A DNA stretch of 64,000 nt from Ophelia neglecta (Eukaryota). A program made the translations under genes and the position numbers. The notes under the pieces are model-generated. The model searched no databases. It was not told where the DNA came from and was given only the letters and a program-made list of their open reading frames with translations. Shown piece by piece: positions 1 to 12,959 of this stretch. The stretch covers positions 128,774,001 to 128,838,000 of the forward strand of contig OZ260661.1 of assembly GCA_965285935.1 (NCBI GenBank). Reading direction: 5' to 3'. Every line of letters starts with the position of its first letter. The stretch's first letter is position 1.

Positions 1-185
1 GAGAAATGAAACTCCTTTAAATAGGACTTGGAAAAAGGACACTAGTTGAGTGTATGTTTTAGCCTGGGTCAGCTTGCTTTGAAGTAAATTATTTGAGGTA
101 GTTTTGTGTGTTAGCTTGTGACATGCCTAGCGAGGGAAATTACAGACAAGATTACCTGCTTAGAAGTTCTTGTCATCTATAATAT

Positions 186-873
186 AGGGGTCAATTGACC
201 ATTCCTGCAATACCATACGCCGCCTGGTGGTGACTGCAGAACTACGGTTTTCGTACTTCTCGGTCGACCACTTTTCGCGAGCCACTGCGCATCCCACTGC
301 GCATGTTATGCAGGTCACCCAGGCACATGCGAACAGCTGATCAAGATGGCTTGACAAGCTGTCCCCAGTTGTTCCACGCGAAGTATTTCGGATCTCCAAT
401 CGCGACTCCTCGTTTCTTAACCAATTGTTCTGGGTCGAAATGTCTAGAACACAGCCTAGATCGTTTGTTCACGTTTAATTTGTCAACGATCGTGTAGTTT
501 TCCTTCGAAGATTTGCCTTCTCTTCGTACAAGGCGCCGCCATCATGCAACCGGGTTGTCACGGGGCCATTTAACCCAAGATATTTGTTCCATCCAAGGAT
601 ATTTGTCCAAGTGTTTCATCTTCCTGCTATGCGAGAAGCATTCTGCTGCCTCGAATATAAACACCATCGTCCCTTCTTTCGTTTTAAAGCTCAAAATAAC
701 GGTTGTACGACGCAGACCTCAGCATAAAATGAAAAACGCCATGCATTGTTTATGACAGCTTGGCTCCGCCGACTGGAGTGGTCGACTTTTTTCCCACAAT
801 GCATTGCGCGATCGTAGTTCTGCGGTTTCCACCAGGCGGCGTATGGTATTGCAGGTATGGTCAATTGAATTCC
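186..873. mobile_element. Non-autonomous DNA transposon, ISL2EU/Harbinger-like, carrying a decayed THAP domain
   Basis: Imperfect ~60-bp terminal inverted repeats (191-246 tcaattgaccattcctgcaataccatacgccgcctggtgg... versus 813-868), flanked by AT at 184-185 and 874-875, with an internal THAP-like frame. Confidence 0.75.
341..667 (-). pseudogene. THAP zinc-finger remnant of a transposon (one in-frame stop, first Cys lost)
   Basis: Manual translation MVFIFEAAECFSHSRK...WVKWPRDNPVA*WRRLVRR...RSRLCSRHFDPEQL...PKYF keeps the THAP hallmarks P, W and LCSxHF. TGA at 542-544. Confidence 0.65.
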
Positions 874-1255
874 ATTATCTTGTCTTTGGTTGTCCTTAGG
901 AGAGGCCCTTATAGGCGCAATACAGAGATTGACAAATTAGAAGAAGCAGCCCGGTAAATGACATAGGGTGGAGTGTGCTGTAAATGTCAGGAAATTTGCC
1001 TCTCATCAGAATGGTTCTTAGCACTAGAATGGTCTGGCATATAAAGGAGCTACTAAGCCTCTCTTAGCAGCAGGCATTAACGAACATGCCGATCATGTCA
1101 TGGGGGATTTCTTGTCATTTAGATACATGCAGTTCGTGCAGAACATATCCACTGAATGAGATAGCATACATGAATAAATATAGGCAAAGCACTAGAGTAT
1201 GTGAAGGAATACAGACACATCATGTCACAAAAGATTCTGATAGCTCTCAATACAG

Positions 1256-2490
1256 GCTCAGACTGACCTACTGGAGACCCAGGCTCGTCTGATATAGAGT
1301 CAGACTGACCTTCTGGAGACCCAGACTGGTCTAGTATGGAGTCAGACTGACCTACTGGAGTCCAAGGCTGGTTTAGTATAGAGTCAGACTGACCTACTGG
1401 AGGCCCAGGCTGGTCTGATATAGAGGCAGACTGACCTTCTGGAGGCCCAGACTGGTCTAGTATAGAGTCAGACTGACCTACTGGAGGTCCAGGCTGGTCT
1501 AGTATAGAGTCAGACTGACCTACTGGAGGTCCAGGCTGGTCTGATATAGAGGCAGACTGACCTTCTGGAGGCCCAGACTGGTCTAGTATAGAGTCAGACT
1601 GACCTACTGGAGGTCCAGGCTGGTCTAGTATAGAGTCAGACTGACCTACTGGAGGTCCAGGCTGGTCTAGTATAGAGTCAGACTGACCTACTGGAGGCCC
1701 AGGCTGGTCTGATATAGAGTCAGACTGACCTACTGGAGGTCCAGGCTGGTCTAGTATAGAGTCAGACTGACCTACTGGAGGCCCAGGCTGGTCTGATATA
1801 GAGTCAGACTGACCTACTGGAGGTCCAGGCTGGACTAGTATAGAGTCAGGCTGACCCACTGGAGACCCAGGCTGGTCTAGTATAGAGTCAGACTGACCTA
1901 CTGGAGTCCAAGGCTGGTCTAGTATGGAGTCAGACTGACCTACTGGAGTCCAAGGCTGGTTTAGTATAGAGTCAGGCTGACCTACTGGAGGCCCAGGCTG
2001 GTCTGATATAGAGGCAGACTGACCTTCTGGAGGCCCAGACTGGTCTAGTATAGAGTCAGACTGACCTACTGGAGGTCCAGGCTGGTCTAGTATAGAGTCA
2101 GACTGACCTACTGGAGGCCCAGGCTGGTCTGATATAGAGTCAGACTGACCTACTGGAGGTCCAGGCTGGTCTAGTATGGAGTCAGACTGACCTACTGGAG
2201 GTCCAGGCTGGTCTAGTATGGAGTCAGACTGACCTACTGGAGGCCCAGGCTGGTCTGATATAGAGTCAGACTGACCTACTGGAGTCCAAGGCTGGTTTAG
2301 TATAGAGTCAGGCTGACCTACTGGAGACCCAGGCTGGTCTAGTATGGAGTCAGACTGACCTACTGGAGTCCAAGGCTGGTTTAGTATAGAGTCAGACTGA
2401 CCTACTGGAGGCCGAGTCTGGTCTAGTATAGACTTAGACCTCCCCAGGCTGGTGTAGTGTAGACTTCGACTGCCCCCAGGCTGGTCTAGT
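1256..2490. repeat. 42-bp minisatellite, about 28 copies
   Basis: Unit tatagagtcagactgacctactggaggtccaggctggtctag; explains the 14-aa periodic ORF 1119..2546. Confidence 0.95.
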
Positions 2491-3112
2491 GTGGACACCC
2501 TCCCAGATGCCCAGGCCTCATGCCCTACTGACAAATTGCCACACAATGACGCACTGCCTGCTAATTAAAACTGATGTTCAGGAGATAGGTCTTTGAAGTA
2601 AGCAGGTGAGGAGAGGAGATACATGACCTTTCAGACGGTTCTGTCCCCCTGTCCACTTGTCCCGATCCTGATGAATGGAGGGAACTTTGCCATTTCTAGA
2701 TGTCAACGTGAGAATTTAAAACAAGAGTTTTCAGTGTTCTCCGATCACTGCTTTTCAATTGAGAATTGTGTCGTTTGAGCTTTGAAGGAAATTGGAAAAC
2801 TGTATCCGCCTTTTTTCGGTGAGCTGTCATGACTTCGTTGACAAATTGTCAGGCTCTGTAGTAAATCCTCATTATCATCCCCAGAGCTCCTCCATACTAC
2901 TTAGGCGTCCACTGTTGACTTAGAAACTTGTTACAAAAAATCAAGTAGTCCTTTTTTCAAAAAAACATCAGCCGCTGACAAATGTATTGTAGGCACAAGA
3001 AAACGTCATTAACTGTGAACGGAAATGAGAAGCAGCCCGAGCAGATAATAAGGACGTCCATGTCCAACTCTGGGTAGCTCATGTCTTTAACCTGGAATGG
3101 AAAGAAAGGCAT

Positions 3113-3303
3113 CCCCCATCCTTTCTAGGCCAGACTCTAGCCTCAGGATGGGCCTCTGGACTGGGCTAGTTAACCCGACTGGGAGTAGTCTGTCCCCATC
3201 CTTTCTAGGCCAGACTCTAGCCTCAGGATGGGCCTCTGGACTGGGCTAGTTAACCCGACTGGGAGTAGTCTGTCCCCATCCTTTCTAGGCCAGACTCTAG
3301 CCT
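3113..3303. repeat. 80-bp tandem duplication, about 2.4 copies
   Basis: ccccatcctttctaggccagactctagcct recurs at about 3114, 3194 and 3274. Confidence 0.9.
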
Positions 3304-5443
3304 ATTCTCTTGTTCTGATGCCCTAGAGATGTCTTGGAATGTCTGAACTTTGTTCACACAAATGCTTTGAAACCAAGAGACCAACTGTGTCTAACTATTG
3401 AGATCTCGACCTGTTTTCTTCTTCATAAATCTTCTCTACCCCCCATACCCCATACCCAGCCTTGCCCCGACCCTCCAATCTGCCTGTAATGCTTCTTAAT
3501 ACTGTACATACATTAAGATGGTCACTTCATTGACAGGAATTTTCCATCACCCTTAGCTTGCAATGAAACACCCTGATGAAAACACCATGATTCCTGAACA
3601 AAATGTACATACACGTATACTACTGTCACTAAGCTGATATTAATAAAAACACAGACTCTAACTTGTAGTTCTTCCCTAGAGACGCATAAGCTCCGACTTA
3701 CCAGTTACAAGGACAACAAGGGCAGGCGGCCCTGCCACAATAGGCTATCACATGTAGTGTGGCCATTTATAGAACAGCACCATTTTTACTGGCAATTTGT
3801 GCAATTGTAATTTTACCCCGTTTTTCCTGAAAAACTGGCACTGTAGTGAGGATCTGTCGGCGTTTCTGGCCTCACTGAAGGTAGGGCCGTTAATGATCGG
3901 CCAACTTTGTCCTGGTATAAATATACCTGTTGTCTGCTGGCTTGTGGTATCAGAGAGCCCGATATGTGGACGTGAACATGTATATGTATGCTAAGGATGA
4001 AAATTGCTAGTTTTGGTAATGGTACCTTTTGATGCAGCTATTAAATCCCCTTAACAAATTGAACCCTGCATTAATTTTACCACATAAAAGTAATCAAGGT
4101 TTAAAGTAGGGTTAATGGCCTAATATACTCCTGCAAAATTTAAAAAATAGCTTAAACCTGATAAATTTCTTCCTGTCAAAATGTCCAAAACACTGCTGGT
4201 GAAAATTTGCTAATCATTGACAGTGGTATATCTTTCTCAGACTTTGACTAAGATAAGGTCACTTCCTGTTTTCTTCTGGTTTAGATAAATGTTTCCACTT
4301 TGTACAATTATGTTGCTGAATAAATCATATCCTGTCGTTTGCTCCGCTCTGCTTCCGGAAATCTGTGTAAAACATGTCTGTGTTTATGTTTTCTCATGTT
4401 CGGTCCCTGAAAAACTAGCTAGTTTTTACAACAAGTTGCCCCGATTTCATTAAAACTCAGTGCAAACTCTCCAGTGTTGACGTAAATAGCTGTTGATCTT
4501 GTTTGGTTGTTGTGGGTGCTGGCCATCGTTTTTAAGCCGCTGGTTTCAAGCTCCAAGACATCACATGTAGTTAAACGATATGGTTAATCAACTGTCAAAG
4601 GCCTTGTAAAAAAACTGCTTGCGGTTAAACGCAAAATTGCCGGTGACTGACACAAAAGAGTGTTTAGGTGTAAAAGTGGCCTTGCGTTTGGCATTGACAG
4701 AACTGTTGTATTGTGTGGCTAATGAGCCGCTCAAGAGTGATTGTAAAAAGTAGCAAGGTTCATTTACAGTTGGCAAAAACAGTGAGGGTTCACGGCTGAG
4801 TGGGTCTGAACCAGATGGTTCTGTCAGGCTGATGCTATGGGAGCACTCCTCAGGTGTCAGTGGGCGGTGTAACAGAAACAGAAGTGCTATCATGGATACT
4901 ACTACGTTAGTGTGCTTCACAAGGATACTACTTCAAGTAGTGTTGTGTTCTAGCTACACATGGTTGTAGACCTGGTTGCCATGTAAACAATGTCTCAATT
5001 AACCCAGATTCTGTTTATTCATCTGACTTTTCTTATTCCCAAGGCAGGTGTCAGTGTTTATTACTAGTTATGATGTCTGTATAAGCTTTTTAACAGGTTT
5101 GTTTCTGAAAGAGGTTGGACATACATCCCCATCAATGATACACTACAGAAACATCTAAGAAGGGGGGGGGGGGGGGTGGGGTTCACTCGTATTTCTGGCT
5201 GGGGTATTAGTGGGACATCCCACTTATTAGTCTCTATATAATTTGAGATGAATCAAATTAGCAGAATTACTATAGATATGAACTATTGGGAGGTTGTGTT
5301 TGTGCCTACACAAATGGTATTGAGTCCAGTGCTGTCTGGATTGGTGTTTCACAATCTAACACTTTCTATTATTCATATTTTTCCTTTCAGACAGAGGTTC
5401 TTTTTAATTGTCCTCAAATATATAATTAAATTATCTTTTTCAG

Positions 5444-5601
5444 AGCACCAGAACTTTTTTGGGGTTGATGACAGTGTGGGGCCAGTGGCGTTGAGCTTGA
5501 AGAGGGAGAAGGTGGATGAGAGAGAGCGGGAAACTAGTGTGGGGAAGGTGGAGGGAGGCGGGCCATGCTTCATGTACAGGCTCATAGTCAGGACCAGTGA
5601 G
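5444..5601 (+). CDS. SIPA1L: SIPA1L exon (pre-GAP region)
   Basis: ttttcag|...gag|gtaagt; [23 protein letters not shown]...YRLIVRTSE. Confidence 0.92.
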
Positions 5602-8600
5602 GTAAGTCTATACCTGGGTGGGGAGGGGAGGGGAGGGGAGGGGAGGGGAGGGGCTGTGGGGGGGGCTGTGGGGGGAGGGGAGGGGCTGTGGGGGGAGGGA
5701 GAGAAGGGAGGGGCTGGGAGGGGGGGGGGGGGGGGTGGGCCCTGCTTCATGTACAGGCTCATAGTCAGGACCAGTGAGGTAAGTCTATACCTGGGTGGGG
5801 AGGGGAGGGGCTGGAGAAGGGAGGGGCTGGGGGGAGGGGAGAGAAGGGAGGGGCTGGGAGGAGGAGGAGGGGGGGGGTGGGCCCTGCTTCATGTACAGGC
5901 TCATAGTCAGGACCAGTGAGGTAAGTCTATACCTGGGTGGGGAGGGGAGGGGCGGGAGAAGGGAGGGGCTGGGGGGAGGGAGAGAAGGGAGGGGCTGGGG
6001 GGAGGAGGGGGGGCGGAGGGCGGCAGGCCGTGCTTCATGTACAGGCTCATAGTCAGGACCAGTGAGGTAAGCTCCAAACCTGGGTGGAGACGGGAGGGGA
6101 GTAGAGAAGGGAGGGGCTGTGGGGGGGAGGGAGAGAACGGAGGGGCTGTGGGGGGAAGAGTGAAGGGAGGGGCTTGGAGGAGGAGGGGTGCTAGAAGGAG
6201 GGGGATGGGGGCTTGTACACAAGGTATTATGCATTAAGTTCCCCTGACCCAGTGATTACAAATTCCATATTTTTTCGTCTATTTACCATTTTGGAGATTC
6301 AAGTGTTAAAAGGAATGTAGTCATACATATTAGAAACCTAAAATATACAGGATGAAAATTATGGTATCATTAACACCAAAAAGTAAAAATTCTGTTCTCA
6401 GTTGACGACGTTACGAGGGTGTATTCTGGAGGAGGCCATCCCGTCCTCCACTCGACTAAGTAGTACGCGAGGCCTGCCCGCCAAGGACGTGATAGAGTAC
6501 GTCATCCCCGATCTGAACCTTACCTGTCTGAAGGGGTCCCTGCCTGGCCCCAAGACGGCTGAACAACTCATGAAACTGGACGAACAAGGGGTGAGATAAG
6601 ATAACCACATCAGTAAATTACTGTACAACTGGATTGGTTGGTTTTAGTGTTGTCTTTTTACACTATACTGTAAATCCTTTATAGTTCAGAAATCTAAAAT
6701 TGTTTCAAGTTCCAATTATATTAATAATTACAGACATAACCAAAATTATTGTTTGTTCATTAATTTTTCTTAGTCACCATAATAGGATAAATGTAGAAAT
6801 AATTAGAGGAATTATTTAGTTTAGTTAATATTATACCACAATATGTACCTAAAGTGGTATTAAGTTAAGAAAGTGTAACCTTCCCAAAATGAGATATTTT
6901 TGTTGCCCATATGACATCGGATCAACAGCATGATACTTCTAGACATACAAATAAACAAGATATGCTGTGTGATCATTTGTCAGCTCCTGTTTATATGTGT
7001 TTCTGGTTGTTTTCAGATAACCAAGACCTACAAGATTGGTGTTATGTACTGTCGAGCTGGGCAGTCTACAGAGGAGGAGATGTACAATAACTGTAAGTCA
7101 GACAGTAATAACTACTGTTAGTCAGCCAGTGATACCAACTGTTAGTCAGCCAGGGATAACAACTGTTAGTCAGCCAGTGATAATGACTGTTAGTCAACCA
7201 GGGATAACAACTGTTAGTCAGCCAGGGATAACAACTGTTAGTTAGCCAGGAAAAAAAAAACTGGTGGTGGACTGGTTTATGGTCACTGGTAATAAAAACT
7301 ACACTTCACCACTGATTTATTGTACACGGTTCAATCAGGTCCGGTCAGAAGTGTAACATGACCATACCTTTATCTTCACGGATGGGTTGAAGCTCGAGGA
7401 GAAAGTGGCGGCGGCAGCTGTCGCCCATGCCTTCACCTCCAGGATGAGCCTCCCCGATCACAGCTCCATTTTCACTGCCGAAATAACAGCCATAGATCTT
7501 GCTCTGGACCATATCATCCAGTCTAGAGACAGAAAATTTGTTATCGCATCAGACTCAATGTCGTCCCTCCAGGCACTAGAAGGGTTTAGCTGGTCTAACC
7601 CTTTGGTTCTCTCCTGGCGAGAAACCTTAAATAAAATCCTCAACAGAGGAAAAACTGTTATACTTCTGTGGGTGCCCAGCCACGTGGGCATCAAAGGCAA
7701 CGAGGCTGCCGACAAATGTGCAAAAGAGGCACTGGAAGATCCCATCTTCCCAATCAATATCCCATCTTCTGACTTTAAGAGCCCAATAAACCAGTATGGC
7801 TGGAAACAATGGCAAACCGCCTGGGATCAGGCCATAGAAAACAAACTGCACTCTATCTGCCCCACCATACCGAAATCATTTCGACAGCCTCTTGCCTGCC
7901 GGAGGGACAACTTGATCATGTCTCGACTGCGCATCGGCCACTCACATTTTACACATACTCACCTACTGAGAAGAGAAGACCCACCTTTTTGTGAGGGCTG
8001 CCAATGCCAGATTACCATCCAACACATTCTGTTGGAATGCAGCGATTTCGCCGAGGCTAGATACCGTTTTTATAATGTTAACAACCTCAAAACCTTATTT
8101 GACAAGGTCTGCCCACAGCAGATCCTTGGTTTCTTGAGGTCTATAGATCTCTACTACAAAATGTAGTAGATCTTAAACGTGAAAACCATTTTTAAAATGC
8201 GAAAGTTTATGGAACTTTCTTTTATCTATTTATTAAACAACTAACCTTTTATGTTCCTTTACTAACACATTTTAGTCAGAAAAACATCTGACCCACCCAC
8301 CTAGAAGATTTTTTATAAAATAGAGCTCAATAACCTCTTACTTCTTATGAATATCCCCATGTAAATAAAAATAGACAGTACAATGAACAATAAACTATAC
8401 CCAACTTAAGACACTAAATGACCCACATGGTGTCTATGTGTCGTCAAGCCCCAAAAATCCAAATCCAGCCAGGGAAATAACTGTTAGTCAGCCAGGGTGG
8501 CTTTGAAGAGTTGTCCTTTTTTGTAGACAGTCGTTTGAATTAAACTTGGAAATTTTCAAAAATGACACACTTTCAAAACTGTTGGCAGGAATTTAAATGC

Positions 8601-11600
8601 TCACACTTTTTCCCTCTTGATGAAAGAAATCATAAACAATACCCAGGAGGATTTAAGTCAATGTACATAAGACAGAAAAATTATCTTTGGTGAATGATCT
8701 ATGTTAATTAAGAGTTAGTGAAAGATAACATTAATTAATTGATGTTTATTTGGTTGTTTGTTTATCTTAGGTTCAGCGGGAAGTGCTTTTGATGAATTCA
8801 TTGAGTCTATCGGAAAAAAAGTCCGCCTGAAAGGATTCAACAAATACAGAGGAGGCTTGGATTGTAAAGGTAAGAATTAAGGCTTTTTGATCAGGCAGAA
8901 AATATTAACACAACCCAACATCTATTTCATTATTACTTATTATATATTGGGTGTTAATATATACCGGTAATGTGTATTTCTCATTTTGAAGGTGTATACA
9001 ATGGCAGTTGTCTGTACTTTACAGAAGCTGTTTGTACTTTATGCTGTAAATAAAACATACTGTAACCTTTTGATTACTTTTTATATAATATTTCTTCTAA
9101 AGCCAAATCCTGGTTGATTCCAGCTGCCTTGTGATATTTACGAGTTCTCCACCCATTTTTAGCGGTACCTACTCCCTTTATGTATGTGATATTTATGAGT
9201 TCCTTTGCAGCGGACTCGACCGGTACCCACTCCCTTTATGCTGAACTAGACTCGTATGAAATCATGTTCCATGTCTCCACCCTGCTGCCTTATACCCCAA
9301 ACAACAGACAACAGGTAGGTCTATAAGTGACACTTTATAGGTGCAAGAGCCGTTAAGGGATCTGTACTTGAACCTTAAGTGGTCCCTTTAGTGGTCTTAA
9401 TTCACAGGTTTCACTGTATGTGCAAGAACTGCACCCAGGGTATATGAGCTAACCCTTGTATATGATTGGTTCTTTTTCCAGCTGTTACGGAAGCGTCACA
9501 TCGGGAACGATATAGTGACCATAGTTTTTCAAGAGCCCGGGGCTTTGCCTTTCACACCAAAATCGGTCCGATCGCAGTTCCAACACGTGTTTATAGTAGT
9601 ACGGGTACATAGCCCAAACACAGATCACACTAAATACAGGTACGTACCAGGGTGTACTACTTCAAAACGCACTAGTTCACCGTCTGCTTTTTTTCCTGTT
9701 TATGTTTGCAGCTTCCTGTGTTTTCAAGAGTAATTTTGTCTAAAAAAAATATTATGCTTGCATTTTTGCTATTTTTTGATAAAAACTATGGGCCTGGCTA
9801 CTAACTCTTAAATCTGATTAAAAACAGGATTTAAGGGCTTATTCGGGCTTAGCTGGCTGATCTGGGTTTCGGGAAGCAGGCTTTGGTATTTAACCTAGCT
9901 GTTTTGGTCTTAAACTTACTCCTGGTCAATGGAAACACCGATTTAACTCTTGTCTCAGCTAATCTCATTCTCAAACTTAAGACTACTTACAGAAACCAGA
10001 CCCTGTTGGTACAAAGACTCACATTGTTAATAAATGCATCTATAAAATTGTACAGTAATTTGTCACGTGTATCTAGATGTGAAATAGTCTAATGATATAG
10101 GACAGTAATGATGGTACTACTTGTAAATGTGTTATTCTGGGAAATGGAAAGCCTGCCACCTGTTGTGACTTTGGTAGACAACTACAGACTGTGTGAATGT
10201 CCCTGTAAACATATGGCACTGGTCTGTGAGGCTGGTATGAGGGTTATTTTGACAGAAAATCACTGAAATGCTTCATAGTATATTGAGACCAGTATGTGTC
10301 CTACAGGTACATTATGTGTGTGCTAATCTGCTGTTTATTTCACAGTATTTCTATAACACGGTCTAAAGACGTGCCTCCCTTCGGACCTCCCATACCCAGT
10401 GGTGCTATGTATAACAAGGGGCAAGAATTCACCGAGTTCTTACTTATAAAAGGTAAGTCTCATCAAAAGAGAAATGTCCAACCTCGTAAATATAATACTA
10501 TATAATTCAAGCTTTTCTTCTGGTGTTGAGCACAGTGTATATTCGGTTTCTTAACAATTTTAGATATGCATCTTGTGAGTAGTTTTTTCTCCATATTTTG
10601 GGCAACATATCGTGACCCCTGCATGGTTAAATTGACTGAGCAAGTTTTCATACTGCCTGATGACATCCCTAAGTGTAGTTCAGCTCTTAATCAGGTAGGG
10701 GACAGCACTGCATGTGACTTACTCTCTTGCCCGTCTGTGTTCCAGCCTTGAATGCGGAGAACGCTGTTCACCGATCAGATAAGTTCACCGCCATGGCCAC
10801 CCGCACCAGACAGGAGTACCTCAAAGACCTGGCCGCCAACTTTGTGGGCACAACGCCTCTGGACTCCGGCTCCAAACTCAGCAAGTTCTCCTTAGGCAGC
10901 GGACGCAAAAAAGACCGCGGCAAACTGCGGGCAATTCCTGATGTATTCGCCAAAGGTGCCACCACCTGGAAAGTCCAGGTAAAGGTCTTTTCTGAGAACT
11001 CTGTTTTGTTTTGTAGTGGTTTTATAGTAAATAAAAATCTGACTGAGAGTCATTCCGAATGTTATTTAATTATAAGCTGTTAATTGGTGCTAATTACATT
11101 TCACCAGGCTTAATAGTGTCAGTTAGATGTTTTCTTGTAAAAGAAAAGCCTGACATGCACTCTTTTTCATGGAATTTCAAACTGTTTTTCACAGATATTG
11201 TAATGATTACTTAGAAGGCTTTTCTTATTGATAATTAAGAAATCCCTTTTGAGTCATTTCTCTGTGTATATGTAGTTGGAAGACTTCGGCCAATCAGAAC
11301 AGCTGAATTGCTATCTGGGTCTTTCCGGAGAGACTCTAGTCCTGATCGAGGAAGAGGAGAGGGAAGTGATATTCACGTCTCCGTGCAAGTCTGTGATTGG
11401 CTGGACGCCTCAAGGAAACTGGTAAGATCGAACAAGGCTTCTCGCGTTCATCTCAACTTATCTCCATAAAATGATTGATATGTTCCTTCTGTTTAATCTA
11501 CTTATCTGAATGCCAGGCTGTGATGTTAGCACAAGCCCAGTGCTTGTAGACTAGTAAAGGTTCATTCGGGCTAGTAAATATCACCATATGTAACTCGACA

Positions 11601-12927
11601 GGAATGGTGTCCAAAATAGAATTTTATTCAGAATGCTTACTGTAACCCACACTGTATGATTGAGAATTAATGAGCCTGCATTGGCTATGATAAACTATTA
11701 GGTCACATTATGTATCTTATAACTTGTGTCAGTAGTATACACTATACCTAGTGTCAGTAGTATACAATATACCTAGTGCCAGTAGTATACACTATACCTA
11801 GTGTCAGTAGTATACACTATACCTAGTATCGCTAGTATACAACATACATAAACAGTTCCTTTTATTGCCAGTTTGTTGTAAAATTTCAGGCTAGTGCACA
11901 GAAATATAGGCTGGTATTGGTTTAAATCTACAAGCCCGAAAGGACTAGTAGCTTGGAAAGTTTTTGCTGCTGACTGGAATGCTGTTAGATATATCGTTGA
12001 AAACGAGAATTCTCTCGCATTACATTGTAATCCACTAGTTTTAAAACAGATCCTATGTATATTGCATGATTTCACGACTTTCAGCTTACCTTTCTACCTT
12101 ACAGTTTACGGCTGTTTTACAACAACGGGGAGTGTGTTGTATTGCGGACTATGTCCAGCGACACGGAGGAGGTGGCGGAAATCATCACCAGGTTACTCCA
12201 CGTAACCCCCGGTGCCGAGGTCAGTGTCTTACCCGACTTCAGTTCTATGATAAAACTTGTTTCCCATTTGTGTGGAATCTTATATATAACGATCATCTGA
12301 TAGCTCCCATGCCAGGCGCCCGGTATTTCGGGGGTAAAATCAGGACTGGTCAACCCGGTGTCAGTATAATGTGACTTGGTGGGGTTCCCTGTCTGGTGTC
12401 TACGGCAGGTACTCCAGTGAGGCAGCACTCTAAAGAGGGCATTGAGCCCACTGTCACAAGTAGGCACAGTGGCGATATGACCGATAAGTGTTGAAAGCCA
12501 CGTTAAACCCCAAATAACAACAACAACAATATAACGATCATAGAATCCATGGAGAGAAGAGAAAATGTACTGCTGGAATAATCATGGAATGATTCATGTT
12601 TTGACCGGACAATATTTTCAGTTTTATGATCCTGCGTGGGTCGAATTAAAACGCTGTCAAGAAAATAAATATTCTAAATATGCTACTTACATTATTAACA
12701 GTGATACAAGTTTGACTGTTGGTATTAATGGAAGTTTTAGCAAAGCCAAAAAAATAAGAAGAATGGTGACAATGTCAATTTGTGTGACAAATTAAATAAT
12801 TGACAATTTCAGAGGGTACTTGTCTGTGCCCAGGGTTATAGCTTGATGGGTTATATGTGGGGTCAAATGTTATTTATGCAGTGTACATCTACAATATTGT
12901 AACATTTAAATTGTGTAAACTACCACC

Positions 12928-12959
<32 letters not shown>

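Noticed and set aside
1119-2546. 475-aa minus-strand ORF
   Set aside because: Translation of a 42-bp minisatellite; no ATG start or splice context.
5560-6075. CRISPR-like repeat-spacer appearance (also at 14253 and 26781)
   Set aside because: The repeats are copies of a eukaryotic exon end, the spacers are low-complexity G-runs, and there are no cas genes.
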